Assembly (NCBI GenBank): GCA_965226585.1
Contig: OZ245366.1
Location: forward strand, 416,001-480,000
Reading direction: 5' to 3'
DNA: 64,000 nucleotides
Source: Thermodesulfobacteriota bacterium
Lineage (GTDB): Bacteria > Desulfobacterota_D > UBA1144 > Nemesobacterales > Mycalebacteriaceae
In this document: positions 28,801 through 37,060 of the stretch, in pieces
How the letters are laid out: every line of letters begins with the position of its first letter
How positions within the stretch are numbered: the first letter of the stretch is position 1
Notes under the pieces: model-generated
What the model saw: the letters and a program-made list of their open reading frames with translations, nothing else
Told to the model about the DNA's origin: nothing
Databases searched by the model: none
Program-made: the position numbers and the translations under genes

Positions 28801-29119
28801 CGGCATCAATATTTACAGCTTCATCGCCTATGTAATTTGATGTGAAATTTCCATAAGAGAGAAAGGCTGCATCCTCGCCCACGATGTTGCTGACCAAAGT
28901 AGCAACGCGGATGCCGACTTCTGTTTCGCTATTATCAAATTTCAAGATGAAAGCTACGGTTCCGTCAAAGCCCGGGGAGGTGCATTCAAGAAGCGGGAAT
29001 CCGAAGGAGGTGCCTTTGCATTCATATCCGAGGCGGACATCTTGCGCGTAAGAGGATGACGGCGTGGAAAATGTGAATAAAAGGGCAGGCAGAAGAATAA
29101 ATGCTAGTTTTTTAGCCAT
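25892..29119 (-). CDS. Autotransporter (type Va-like) surface protein 1
   Basis: Signal peptide ending SYA; G/N/S/T-rich beta-helix-like passenger; C-terminal amphipathic strands ending ARFGVAF. Confidence 0.85.
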   Translation of the reverse strand: MAKKLAFILLPALLFTFSTPSSSYAQDVRLGYECKGTSFGFPLLECTSPGFDGTVAFILKFDNSETEVGIRVATLVSNIVGEDAAFLSYGNFTSNYIGDEAVNIDAEGNAIFRGDNNSFTTKRGTGGNVVTMTAGTGDADIDIHNQSKVQIESTGGNGIVASSESGRVFANFSNQGRIMSKVSDGADGFIATTNGGEISANFDGLYSGIFMYRSSKRDSTYNARGATFTSTSGNISVLLTNSASILTPSVGDSHGFAAQTGGDGDIDIVMKNGNSCIVGRNGVKATTVDGDIRIELSGALIRGIGTGGWALNATSVNGDITITGDGTGNIASLNHNSSGVYLDTGGEASISNIDIWTQGDGGTTIESVSGLHVVSGNIWANGSGGNTVVADTVNVSGGDIFTTVHNGNAVVAQAVNISGGGIWMLRGGSSESIFSTAVLLRNEDGQAELTVGGSAIVCGGALSGIICTASDYGYAVRAGDSATYGATITTEGSGNITGRIGLSDNSDVFYNNGSFTGHGNTGAGDDRVENKGTFTLTGDFDMGDGNDIFENIDSGMVIYDGSQIIAETKPDPPSTQQSSPSRHSASSPPRHSVLDTESSIQLANQYWIPASAGMTEGAGNSRFRLSSADPAPEDTTATINFGDGDDHFINNGTIVIQDTGGFNGLEKITFGENSTVMVTADSTEMTTDKPLIELEGTLTAEDVKDLNIKLANPERHSDEFALFSETALPDNEAERQAVLSMISGGLGEGSSAGMDSNGNIFVVLANSVHFNYLRNYDAMIQSAYHSDTSFSEKLRGSCYGGEAETQDLQGGCLWADAGSRHTRHDTKVKYGEDAYVFAGGFSIPAGQSAVSVGAGYETSDFNAGTDTNAAGERFMAGLSVAGEIWKKIIADARTQFAKAAWESTSARGEDTYSAKTNITTWSAAIGAEMPFFPGGGVFMVVPRLEAGVARVSADSFTETGGGDMPLSVEGLSQTYLRVTPSVTAYAPAGESVNMWITAGADAHLTDPKTDLKAAFSPDDPVNTKGGLERINIRYSAGAEVNPLKGVSVRVAYSGGVSPTFDTLTQTFTARFGVAF
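27276..27351 (+). repeat. 76-bp palindromic element in frame inside autotransporter 1
   Basis: Same element; translated as RHSVLDTESSIQLANQYWIPASAGMT. Confidence 0.97.
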
Positions 29120-29148
29120 GATACTGAGTTCTCAAATTAGAAGAAGTG

Positions 29149-31497
29149 CTAAAAACTGTAGTTAACCCCGCCTCTGAACTCTTGCACAAAAGTATCAAAA
29201 CTCGTGCTCATTCCGCCGTCATAGTCAATCCTTACGCTCAATTCACGCAAAGGAGCATAAGGCGTGTATTCAAAACCCGCGCCGTAGTTGAACATTATCC
29301 GGTCCTGCCCGCCGCTTCGGGGAACGCTACCGTCAGCAAGGGTCGCCTCAAGTTCCGCCTCAGGGTTCAAGATGTGTATATCCGCACCTGCGCGAATTCT
29401 CATATTTACCGTCTCACTCAAAGGTGAACGCGCCTCAAATGACGGACTTACATATACCAATATCTCGCTTGTGTCTTTTACCTTGAAAGCGTCATCTCTT
29501 GCATCTTCCGAGTCTGTTAAGGAAGTCTCATCAAACGCGCCCGCTGTTACATAAGACGCTCCAATCTCTATGCGGGGAAATAATGCAAAACTCCCCGACA
29601 AAAACGGCATTGCCACGCCAAGCGCGCCGCCGAATACTGTCGCGTTTGTATCCGCAGAGTAACGGTTATCTCCCGCAGTGCGGGTTGATTCCCAACTCGT
29701 AGAAACATACTGAAACCTGCCATCAACCATATATCTGTCAACTATTGTGGAGGCAAAGATACCGCCCATAAATCTTGTTGCCTCTCCGCTTGCGTCTGCT
29801 CTGCCTTCATCGGTCAGCACATCCATATCAAGGTTTGAGATTTCATAACCGCCTGCCACCGAAACAAGAATGCTGTTGAACGGCGCAGAAACGCCGCCGG
29901 TGAAGTTATAGACATCTTCGTCATAGTTAATCGCTGAAGAATAACGTGTGTACCTTCCACCCGATGTTGCCCACACGCAACCAGTCCAGAAATCTCCGCC
30001 CACCTCATCACTTGCCGCAGAGCCGTAACCGCAACCGCTTGAAAGTTTTGTGGCAAAACTCCTGTCTGCGCGGTAAGCGGATTGGATGAGAGAATCATAA
30101 ATATCTAAACTGGCGTCTTTCAGCGACATTGCCGTCAGGAAAAGGTTGCCGTCTCCATCAGTCTGAACTCTTCCCCTTTCGCCTATTTCCGCGTTTAGAC
30201 GCTCCACAACTTCCTGCCTTTCCTCGCCGTCCGGCAGGTCATCCGCTTCAAAAATTGTGTATTCGTTTATGTGCGTTCCGGGGATATCAACCCTGACATT
30301 AAAGCCTTCAATATCTTCCGCGCTTATCGTACCTTCAAGGTTTATCAGCGGGTCGCCCGTCATGCTTTCAGGGTCTGCCGTGATAACAAGGGTTGAGTTC
30401 ACGCCGAAGGTTATTTTGTCCAAGCCGTTAAATCCGCCCGTGCCTTCAATCACGATTGTGCCTTCGTTTATGAAATGGTCGTTGCCTTCACCGAAGTTTA
30501 TGGTTGCGGTTGTGTCCTCAGGGGCGGGGGCTGATGCGGAGAGGCGGAAACGGCTGTCGCCGCTTGCTGCCCCCTCCGTCATTTCCGCCCCTTCCGTCAT
30601 TCCTGCGGAAGCAGGAATCCAGTATTGATTAGCCAGTTGAATACTGGATTCCGTGTCAGGCACGGAATGACGGGAAGGCGAAGATTGCGCTCCCGATGAG
30701 AGAGGGAAACTCCCGGTTCCGCCTGAAGACGGCTCGTTTTCCGCATTCTCAAGCATGAAAGCGCCAACAAGGAATGTTCCCGTGCCTTCGGTCGCAACGG
30801 TGTCATCGCCTGCGCCCATATCAAGGTCGCCCGTAAGCGTGAATGTCCCGCCGTCTTTAACGGTAATTGAGTCATTACCGGCTCCGGTTGTTCCCCAGCC
30901 CGTGAAAGTTCCCTCGTTTATAAAAGTGTCGGCGTTGTCGGAAAGTTGTATTCTGCCCGTTATGCTGCCGGTAGGGTCGGTTGTTATCCTTGAGCCATGG
31001 GTCGGGGAATCAACACTCACGGCATAGCCAACCTCCGTGCAGACAGAACCCGAAAGTTCACCGCCGCACACAACCGCGCCTCCTCCTACCGTCAATTCCA
31101 TTAATGCCGTTCCGTTTCTGAGAGATACCGCCGAACTTGTGCCGCCGTTAGCCCACACTTTTGCGCCGTGAATGTTTGCCGCTGTTGTCGCCTTCACTGT
31201 TGAACTTCCCGAAGCGTTAGACCAGACCTGCCCCGTTCCGTCTCCTGATATGACCGTAATCCCTCCGCCGGCTTTCGCTGAAATTGCCGAACTTCCAGAA
31301 GCGTTAGACCAGACTTTTCCGTCATTTGAAACGGTAACCGTTTCCGCCACTATTGCGTTACTTCTTTCGCCTTCCGCCCACACTTCAGTGCCACTAACTG
31401 CAACATTTGTTCCTGAAATGGCGGCAGCATAAGCGGGCGGCGCGGAAAGCGTGATTAAGAGAAAAAGCAGAATAAGAGGGGTTGCGGTTTTAGACAT
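29149..31497 (-). CDS. Autotransporter (type Va-like) surface protein 2, paralog of 1
   Basis: Signal peptide ending AYA; blocks shared with paralog 1 (ELTVGG..VCGG, EDTTATINFG..DHFIN.GTIVI); barrel ending GGVNYSF. Confidence 0.85.
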   Translation of the reverse strand: MSKTATPLILLFLLITLSAPPAYAAAISGTNVAVSGTEVWAEGERSNAIVAETVTVSNDGKVWSNASGSSAISAKAGGGITVISGDGTGQVWSNASGSSTVKATTAANIHGAKVWANGGTSSAVSLRNGTALMELTVGGGAVVCGGELSGSVCTEVGYAVSVDSPTHGSRITTDPTGSITGRIQLSDNADTFINEGTFTGWGTTGAGNDSITVKDGGTFTLTGDLDMGAGDDTVATEGTGTFLVGAFMLENAENEPSSGGTGSFPLSSGAQSSPSRHSVPDTESSIQLANQYWIPASAGMTEGAEMTEGAASGDSRFRLSASAPAPEDTTATINFGEGNDHFINEGTIVIEGTGGFNGLDKITFGVNSTLVITADPESMTGDPLINLEGTISAEDIEGFNVRVDIPGTHINEYTIFEADDLPDGEERQEVVERLNAEIGERGRVQTDGDGNLFLTAMSLKDASLDIYDSLIQSAYRADRSFATKLSSGCGYGSAASDEVGGDFWTGCVWATSGGRYTRYSSAINYDEDVYNFTGGVSAPFNSILVSVAGGYEISNLDMDVLTDEGRADASGEATRFMGGIFASTIVDRYMVDGRFQYVSTSWESTRTAGDNRYSADTNATVFGGALGVAMPFLSGSFALFPRIEIGASYVTAGAFDETSLTDSEDARDDAFKVKDTSEILVYVSPSFEARSPLSETVNMRIRAGADIHILNPEAELEATLADGSVPRSGGQDRIMFNYGAGFEYTPYAPLRELSVRIDYDGGMSTSFDTFVQEFRGGVNYSF
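30596..30671 (+). repeat. 76-bp palindromic element in frame inside autotransporter 2
   Basis: Translated as RHSVPDTESSIQLANQYWIPASAGMT. Confidence 0.97.
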
Positions 31498-31526
31498 TTT
31501 AGGTGCTCCAACCTTATTAAGTATTT

Positions 31527-31556
31527 AGTCTATGGACAAAAATGGGGTTAGGTCAA
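31527..31556 (-). promoter_or_regulatory. Sigma70-like promoter for the autotransporter pair
   Basis: TTGACC (31551-31556) - 18 nt - TAGACT (31527-31532). Confidence 0.5.
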
Positions 31557-31574
31557 GATTCCTGCCGCCTTTCC

Positions 31575-31815
31575 GTTATTCCGTGCCTGACACGGAATCC
31601 AGTATTCAACCGGTTAATTAATACTGGATTCCTGCTTCCGCAGGAATGACGCTTCTCCACTCCCGTCATTCCGTGCTTGACACGGAATCCAGTATTCAAC
31701 TGGCTAATTAATACTGGATTCCTGCTTTCGCAGGAATGACGGGGAAAGAGGAATGACGGGGAGGGGCAACGGAATGACGGGGGAAGGGGCAACGGAATGA
31801 CGGGGAAGGGCAACG
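31575..31815 (-). repeat. Two 76-bp palindromic elements in opposite orientation plus three partial GGAATGACGGGG units
   Basis: Copies at 31575-31650 and 31665-31740 are reverse complements of the other eight. Confidence 0.95.
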
Positions 31816-33498
31816 TCAATCCGTTACCGCTCCCTCGGAAGCCGAAGACACAAGTTTCGCGTATTTCGCCAGTGCGCCCGTTTTCTCCCTCGGCGCGGGA
31901 GTCTTCCATGCCGCCGCCCTGCGTTTCATCTCCGCAGAAGAAACCGCAACGTTTATCTCCCGCTTCTTTGCGTCTATCGTTATCTTATCGCCGTTCTTTA
32001 TGAGCGCGACCGGTCCGCCTACTGCCGCTTCGGGCGTTACATGACCAACCACAAACCCATGACTGCCGCCTGAAAACCTGCCGTCCGTTATCAGCGCGAC
32101 ATCATCTCCAAGCCCCCTGCCAACAACCGCCGCAGTGGGTCCAAGCATCTCCCTCATCCCGGGACCGCCGCGCGGACCCTCATACCGAACAACAATCACA
32201 TTGCCCTTCTTTATCTTCCCGGCAAGTATCGCCTTCATGCTCTTCTCCTCTGAATCAAAAACCACCGCCTCGCCGCTGAACAGACTTCCCTCCTTGCCCG
32301 TTATCTTGGCAACCGCGCCTTCAGGGGCGAGATTTCCGCGCAAAATAACAAGATGGCCGTCTTTTTTGAGCGGCTTGCTCAGAGAGGAAACTATCTTCTG
32401 ACTTGAAGGATACTTTTTTACACCGCGAAGATTTTGGCGGACGGTCTTTCCCGTAACCGTCAGGCAGTCGCCGTGCAAAAGCCCCTTGTCAAGCATCATC
32501 TTCATAAGGGGAACAAGCCCCCCGATACGGCAAAAATCCGCCATCATATAACTTCCGCTCGGTTTCAAATCAGCAAGAACCGGAGTGCGCTTTCCTATCC
32601 TCGTGAAGTCATCTATTGTCAACTTTACATTTGCGGCTTTTGCCATCGCTATAAGGTGAAGCACACTGTTGGTTGACCCCCCAAGCGCGGTTACAACGGC
32701 TATGGCATTCTCAAACGCCTTTTTTGTCATTATGTCGCGGGGCATTATGCCCTTTTTCATCATGGCAACCACCGCCTTTCCGGCTTGCGAACAGTCGGTT
32801 TTCTTCTCACGCGATATTGCCGCCTGAGCCGAACTGTTGGGCATACTCATTCCCATCGCCTCAATCGCAGACGCCATTGTGTTTGCCGTGTACATACCGC
32901 CGCACGAACCGGGACCCGGTATCGCCGAAGACTCTATTTTTTTCAACTCCCGCGCACCGATTTCGCCGCTTGCGTGCGCACCCACCGCTTCAAACACAGA
33001 CACGATGTCCACATCCTTTCCGTCATGACAGCCGGGCATTATGGTTCCGCCGTAGACAAAAACCGCAGGGCGGTTCAACCTCGCTATCGCCATCATACAG
33101 CCGGGCATGTTTTTGTCGCACCCGCCAATCGCCACAAGCCCGTCAAAACCCTCGGCGGCGGCAACCGTTTCTATTGAATCGGCGATAATCTCACGCGAAA
33201 CAAGCGAATACCTCATTCCCGGCGTTCCCATTGATATGCCGTCCGACACGGTGATTGTGTTGAAAATTACCGCCTTGCCGCCGCTTCTGTTCGCCCCCGC
33301 CGCAGAGTGAACGGCGAGTTTGTCAATGTGCATATTGCAGGGCGTTACCATGCTCCAGGTTGACGCGATTCCAACCACGGGTCTTGAGAAATCGCCGTCC
33401 TTGAAACCCACCGCCCTCAACATGGCGCGGCTCGGAGCGCGGTCCGCCCCTTCCACATAGATTTGCGAAAACTGTCTGGGATTTTTCTTTTCCGCCAT
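31816..33498 (-). CDS. ilvD: Dihydroxy-acid dehydratase
   Basis: [47 protein letters not shown]. Confidence 0.97.
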   Translation of the reverse strand: MAEKKNPRQFSQIYVEGADRAPSRAMLRAVGFKDGDFSRPVVGIASTWSMVTPCNMHIDKLAVHSAAGANRSGGKAVIFNTITVSDGISMGTPGMRYSLVSREIIADSIETVAAAEGFDGLVAIGGCDKNMPGCMMAIARLNRPAVFVYGGTIMPGCHDGKDVDIVSVFEAVGAHASGEIGARELKKIESSAIPGPGSCGGMYTANTMASAIEAMGMSMPNSSAQAAISREKKTDCSQAGKAVVAMMKKGIMPRDIMTKKAFENAIAVVTALGGSTNSVLHLIAMAKAANVKLTIDDFTRIGKRTPVLADLKPSGSYMMADFCRIGGLVPLMKMMLDKGLLHGDCLTVTGKTVRQNLRGVKKYPSSQKIVSSLSKPLKKDGHLVILRGNLAPEGAVAKITGKEGSLFSGEAVVFDSEEKSMKAILAGKIKKGNVIVVRYEGPRGGPGMREMLGPTAAVVGRGLGDDVALITDGRFSGGSHGFVVGHVTPEAAVGGPVALIKNGDKITIDAKKREINVAVSSAEMKRRAAAWKTPAPREKTGALAKYAKLVSSASEGAVTD

Positions 33499-33585
33499 TT
33501 TTTTCACTCCCCCTGAAAATACGGATTTTTAAGCATATACGGATATGCGGACGGAAAAAACTCTCTCAAGCCGCGGGCGGTTTTG

Positions 33586-34083
33586 TCATTCGCACTTCTC
33601 TGTGGCGCCGGAGGCTACCGTTATGCGAGAGAAATTTGAAATTGTTATTTTTTTCCGCTTTACGCCCCGCGCGCCTTCAACGCAGAACGATTTGTTTGTT
33701 GAGGTTCCCCTCGCGTGAAAAATTATCTTTTTTATCTCCGTTTTGCCGTTTTTCTGGAAAACCCTGTAGGGGATTTCCGTTTCAATAACCCCGCGTGTGT
33801 CCGCGCAGTTTCCACCGGAGTTTTTTATCGTCAGAAAACGCCACAAGTTTCCCCGGTTCGCCTCTCCCAGAGGAACACAAATGGCGTGGCTTTCTCCCTT
33901 TGTCGCGGCAAGCATCTTTGTCTGCCTTATCTGAAACGCCACTCTTTGCGCCGCGCTTTCAAACCGCCGGTTTTTTTCGTATTGAACAAGAAACGGCGCG
34001 GAAACCGCCACCGCCGCCGCTCCAAGAGCGAGCGCGAGAATCAACTCAAAAAGCGAAAAGCCGCCCGTTTTTTTATTTGACAT
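33586..34083 (-). CDS. Prepilin-like protein (FimT/GspH-like)
   Basis: KKTGG|FSLFELILAL class III signal; C-terminal IIFHARG...KITISNFSRI. Confidence 0.75.
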   Translation of the reverse strand: MSNKKTGGFSLFELILALALGAAAVAVSAPFLVQYEKNRRFESAAQRVAFQIRQTKMLAATKGESHAICVPLGEANRGNLWRFLTIKNSGGNCADTRGVIETEIPYRVFQKNGKTEIKKIIFHARGTSTNKSFCVEGARGVKRKKITISNFSRITVASGATEKCE

Positions 34084-34486
34084 CCTCAACCCCCCGCCGC
34101 CATAAATCCAGTGTAATCGCTCCGCCCTTGAAAGAATATTCCGCGTCTATTTCCGCTGAAAAAGTTCCCGCCTCTCCCCTCACGGACAGGGAAAATCCGT
34201 CCGGCGGTATGAAAACCGCGTTTGTTACCCCGGTTACAGAATTTTCAGTATCCTGAACGCACCCGCTCAAAGTCTCTCCCTTCAGGCACAATTCCATATT
34301 CATCTCCGCCTCCGCCAGAACCCTTTCTGCGTCTCTGAGAGATTTCGCGCTTTCCGCCCTGTTAAGCGATATTTTCAAATCCGAGACCGAAACAAAAAAC
34401 GCGGCGGCGGCAACGGACGATATTATCGCCGTTACAAGAAGCGCCATTAAAATCGCGAAACCGCCTTCGTTTTTACGTCCGCTCAT
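34073..34486 (-). CDS. PilX-like minor pilin
   Basis: NEGG|FAILMALL lacks Glu5, as in PilX/GspK; AE..LAEAE helix. Confidence 0.7.
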   Translation of the reverse strand: MSGRKNEGGFAILMALLVTAIISSVAAAAFFVSVSDLKISLNRAESAKSLRDAERVLAEAEMNMELCLKGETLSGCVQDTENSVTGVTNAVFIPPDGFSLSVRGEAGTFSAEIDAEYSFKGGAITLDLWRRGVEDVK

Positions 34487-34487
34487 T

Positions 34488-35120
34488 CTAAATGTTTCTC
34501 GGATTTACCGTTACGGAATAGGTTTTTGTCTTATCCGCCGCGCCCGGTTTGCCGCTCCGGTATTTAAACGTGAGGGCTATCCTTACCGCCTCAACCGCAT
34601 CCGCCCCGGAAGTGTTGTGAGTGAAAACATTTGAGCCGGAGGTGAGAAAAGATATTTGAAAATCCTCAACCTCCGCGTTTCCGCTGTCAGGCGTGAGAGA
34701 CTGGTTTCGTGAACTGTTGCTGTTGCGGAGTTTCAAAATGCCCCCGTCAACGAAGAAACTTTTTCTTATGGCGGTTTTTCCGTCGTAGGAAACGCTTTCA
34801 AAAGTTATACAGTCTGTCCCGCCCGTTTTTGCGGTTGCGGGGTCGCATTTTCCGTCCGCGCCGGTTTTTGTTCCGCCGTCCACAAAATAAAACGTCCCGG
34901 AACCCGCGCCGTAGCCGCCTGAGTTTTTCATCTCAAGCGAAACCGTTTCAAGAATTGAATAGGCGGCATGATCCACCGCGCTTGCCGTTTCCCTCACAAC
35001 TCCGCTTTGCGACAAGTGCCGGACGGCAAAAAGCCCCGCCGCCGTCAGAACCGCGAGAAGAGAGGCGGCAAAAAGAAACTCCAGCACCGTGAAGCCGCGC
35101 GCTTTATTTTTGCGGAACAT
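34488..35120 (-). CDS. PilW-like minor pilin
   Basis: KARG|FTVLEFL; C-terminal VEDFQISF...AVRIALT...TVNPRN. Confidence 0.75.
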   Translation of the reverse strand: MFRKNKARGFTVLEFLFAASLLAVLTAAGLFAVRHLSQSGVVRETASAVDHAAYSILETVSLEMKNSGGYGAGSGTFYFVDGGTKTGADGKCDPATAKTGGTDCITFESVSYDGKTAIRKSFFVDGGILKLRNSNSSRNQSLTPDSGNAEVEDFQISFLTSGSNVFTHNTSGADAVEAVRIALTFKYRSGKPGAADKTKTYSVTVNPRNI

Positions 35121-35523
35121 GGATGAACTGCTCGCCTTTGAAAGAATGTTTTCCGACACAAGCGACATATTTTATTTTTACCACCCCGCGCAAACTTTCG
35201 GGAGCGCGGCAGATTTTGCCGGATTTTAAGTTCAGACAGTCCGCCCCCGATGTGTTTTTGCAGGAAACGGGAGATGACTGAACATGGCTGAACAACCCCT
35301 GCACAGGCTCTTTCGCGCCGGATTTTATCAGTGTTTTCAAACGCCCCCGGTCTTTTTCCATTAAAGATTCAATCTCGCTTTCCGCAAAAGACGACACTTC
35401 CGCCCGCGCCCGGTTTTTAAGCGTGAGAGAATGAATTTCCAGAGCCGCCGCCACCGCCGCCGCGACTATAAGCATTGCGAACAGGGCTTCGGGAAGGGTG
35501 AACCCTTTGTCGTTAATTTCCAT
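35104..35523 (-). CDS. PilV-like minor pilin
   Basis: NDKG|FTLPEALFAMLI; overlaps the metG stop. Confidence 0.75.
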   Translation of the reverse strand: MEINDKGFTLPEALFAMLIVAAAVAAALEIHSLTLKNRARAEVSSFAESEIESLMEKDRGRLKTLIKSGAKEPVQGLFSHVQSSPVSCKNTSGADCLNLKSGKICRAPESLRGVVKIKYVACVGKHSFKGEQFIHVPQK

Positions 35524-37054
35524 CCTCTATTCTGTTGAAAAGGTTTTCGCCTTTTTTTACCCGCGTTCCGCCTTCTGTTACTCCCCAGCCGGTTGAAACA
35601 AGGCGGGCGTCTGCCCGCGCCGGGCTGTGTTCAAAGCCCAGTTTTTCCCACAGACGCGCCCCCGCCTCCGGCATGAACGGGAAAACATGGACGGCGACTA
35701 TTCTCAAAGTTTCGCACAAAGTCCACATCACGGCGGAGAGTTTTTCCTTTTCCCCTTTTTTGTGAAGTTCCCACGGTTTTGTCTCCTCAACAAATCTGTC
35801 CGCCGCCGCAATCAACTCCCACAAAAGCGACAACGCTCTGGAGGGAGCCACATCATCCATCGCGGCGGGAATTCCGGTTTCGCAAGTTTCTGCGGCTTTT
35901 TTCACGCCGGAGTTTCCGCATTCCGCCTCGCCCCCCGGCGGCACAACGCCGTCAAAATATCTCTCCACCATTCCGAGGGCGCGGCTTGTGAGATTGCCCA
36001 GACCGTTTGCCAGATCCGAGTTTATGCGCGAGATAAGAGCCCTGCGGGAAAAATCGCCGTCATTTCCAAACGGTATTTCCCTCAACAGAAAATATCTGAA
36101 AGCGTCAACACCGAACTCTCCCGCCACTTCAACCGGGTCAACCGTGTTGCCAAGCGATTTAGACATTTTTTCGCCCTCAACCGTCCACCATCCGTGAGCG
36201 AATATCCTCTGCGGCGGCTCAAGCCCGGCCGCCATCAGAAAAGCGGGCCAGTACACGGCGTGAAAGCGGAGTATGTCTTTGCCGACCAGATGCAGATTTG
36301 CGGGCCAAGTGTTTGCGAACCGCTCTCCGTCCGATTCAAAACCGGCGGCGGTAAGGTAGTTTGAAAGCGCGTCAAACCAGACGTACATAACGTGCCCCGG
36401 ATTTTCGGGAACCTCCACGCCCCACGAAAAAGTTGTGCGGCTTATGCTCAAATCTCTCAAGCCCGATTCCACAAAACTGCGGACTTCGTTCATCCTCTCT
36501 TTCGGCATCACAAAGCCGGGATTTTTCTCATAATGCTCAAGCAGGCGGTCTTGATACTCAGACAGTTTGAAGAAGAAACACGGCTCCTTGATTTTTTCAA
36601 TCTCCGGGCGTTTTTCTTCGGGAAGTTTGTTTATCTCGTCTATCTGCGTTTCCGTTATAAAACTCTCCTCGCGCACGTCATACCAGCCCTCGTATTCGCC
36701 GGGGTAGATGTCTCCGTTTTCAAGAGCCGCCCGGAAAACCTTGCGGGCGCACCTGCCGTGCCTCTGCTCGGTTGTCCTTATGAAATCGTCATTTTCTATG
36801 TTAAGCAGAGTCCACAGAGACTTGAATCTCTCCACAACCCTGTCGGCGAGTTGCTGAGGGGTTTCGCCGTTTTTTGCCGCCGTCTGCTCAATCTTTCTTC
36901 CGTACTCGTCCGTGCCGGTCAGAAAAAAAACCTCTCCGCCGCGCAAACGCCGGAACCGCGCCAGAGCGTCCGCCGCTATTGTCGTGTAGGCGTGCCCGAT
37001 GTGGGGCGAGTCGTTCACGTAGTAGATGGGAGTGGTGATGTAGTATTTTTTCAT
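35513..37054 (-). CDS. metG: Methionine-tRNA ligase (short form without C-terminal tRNA-binding domain)
   Basis: YYITTPIYYVN, HIGH, YVWFDAL, GKDILRFH, KMSKS. Confidence 0.97.
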   Translation of the reverse strand: MKKYYITTPIYYVNDSPHIGHAYTTIAADALARFRRLRGGEVFFLTGTDEYGRKIEQTAAKNGETPQQLADRVVERFKSLWTLLNIENDDFIRTTEQRHGRCARKVFRAALENGDIYPGEYEGWYDVREESFITETQIDEINKLPEEKRPEIEKIKEPCFFFKLSEYQDRLLEHYEKNPGFVMPKERMNEVRSFVESGLRDLSISRTTFSWGVEVPENPGHVMYVWFDALSNYLTAAGFESDGERFANTWPANLHLVGKDILRFHAVYWPAFLMAAGLEPPQRIFAHGWWTVEGEKMSKSLGNTVDPVEVAGEFGVDAFRYFLLREIPFGNDGDFSRRALISRINSDLANGLGNLTSRALGMVERYFDGVVPPGGEAECGNSGVKKAAETCETGIPAAMDDVAPSRALSLLWELIAAADRFVEETKPWELHKKGEKEKLSAVMWTLCETLRIVAVHVFPFMPEAGARLWEKLGFEHSPARADARLVSTGWGVTEGGTRVKKGENLFNRIEDGN

Positions 37055-37060
37055 CTGGCG

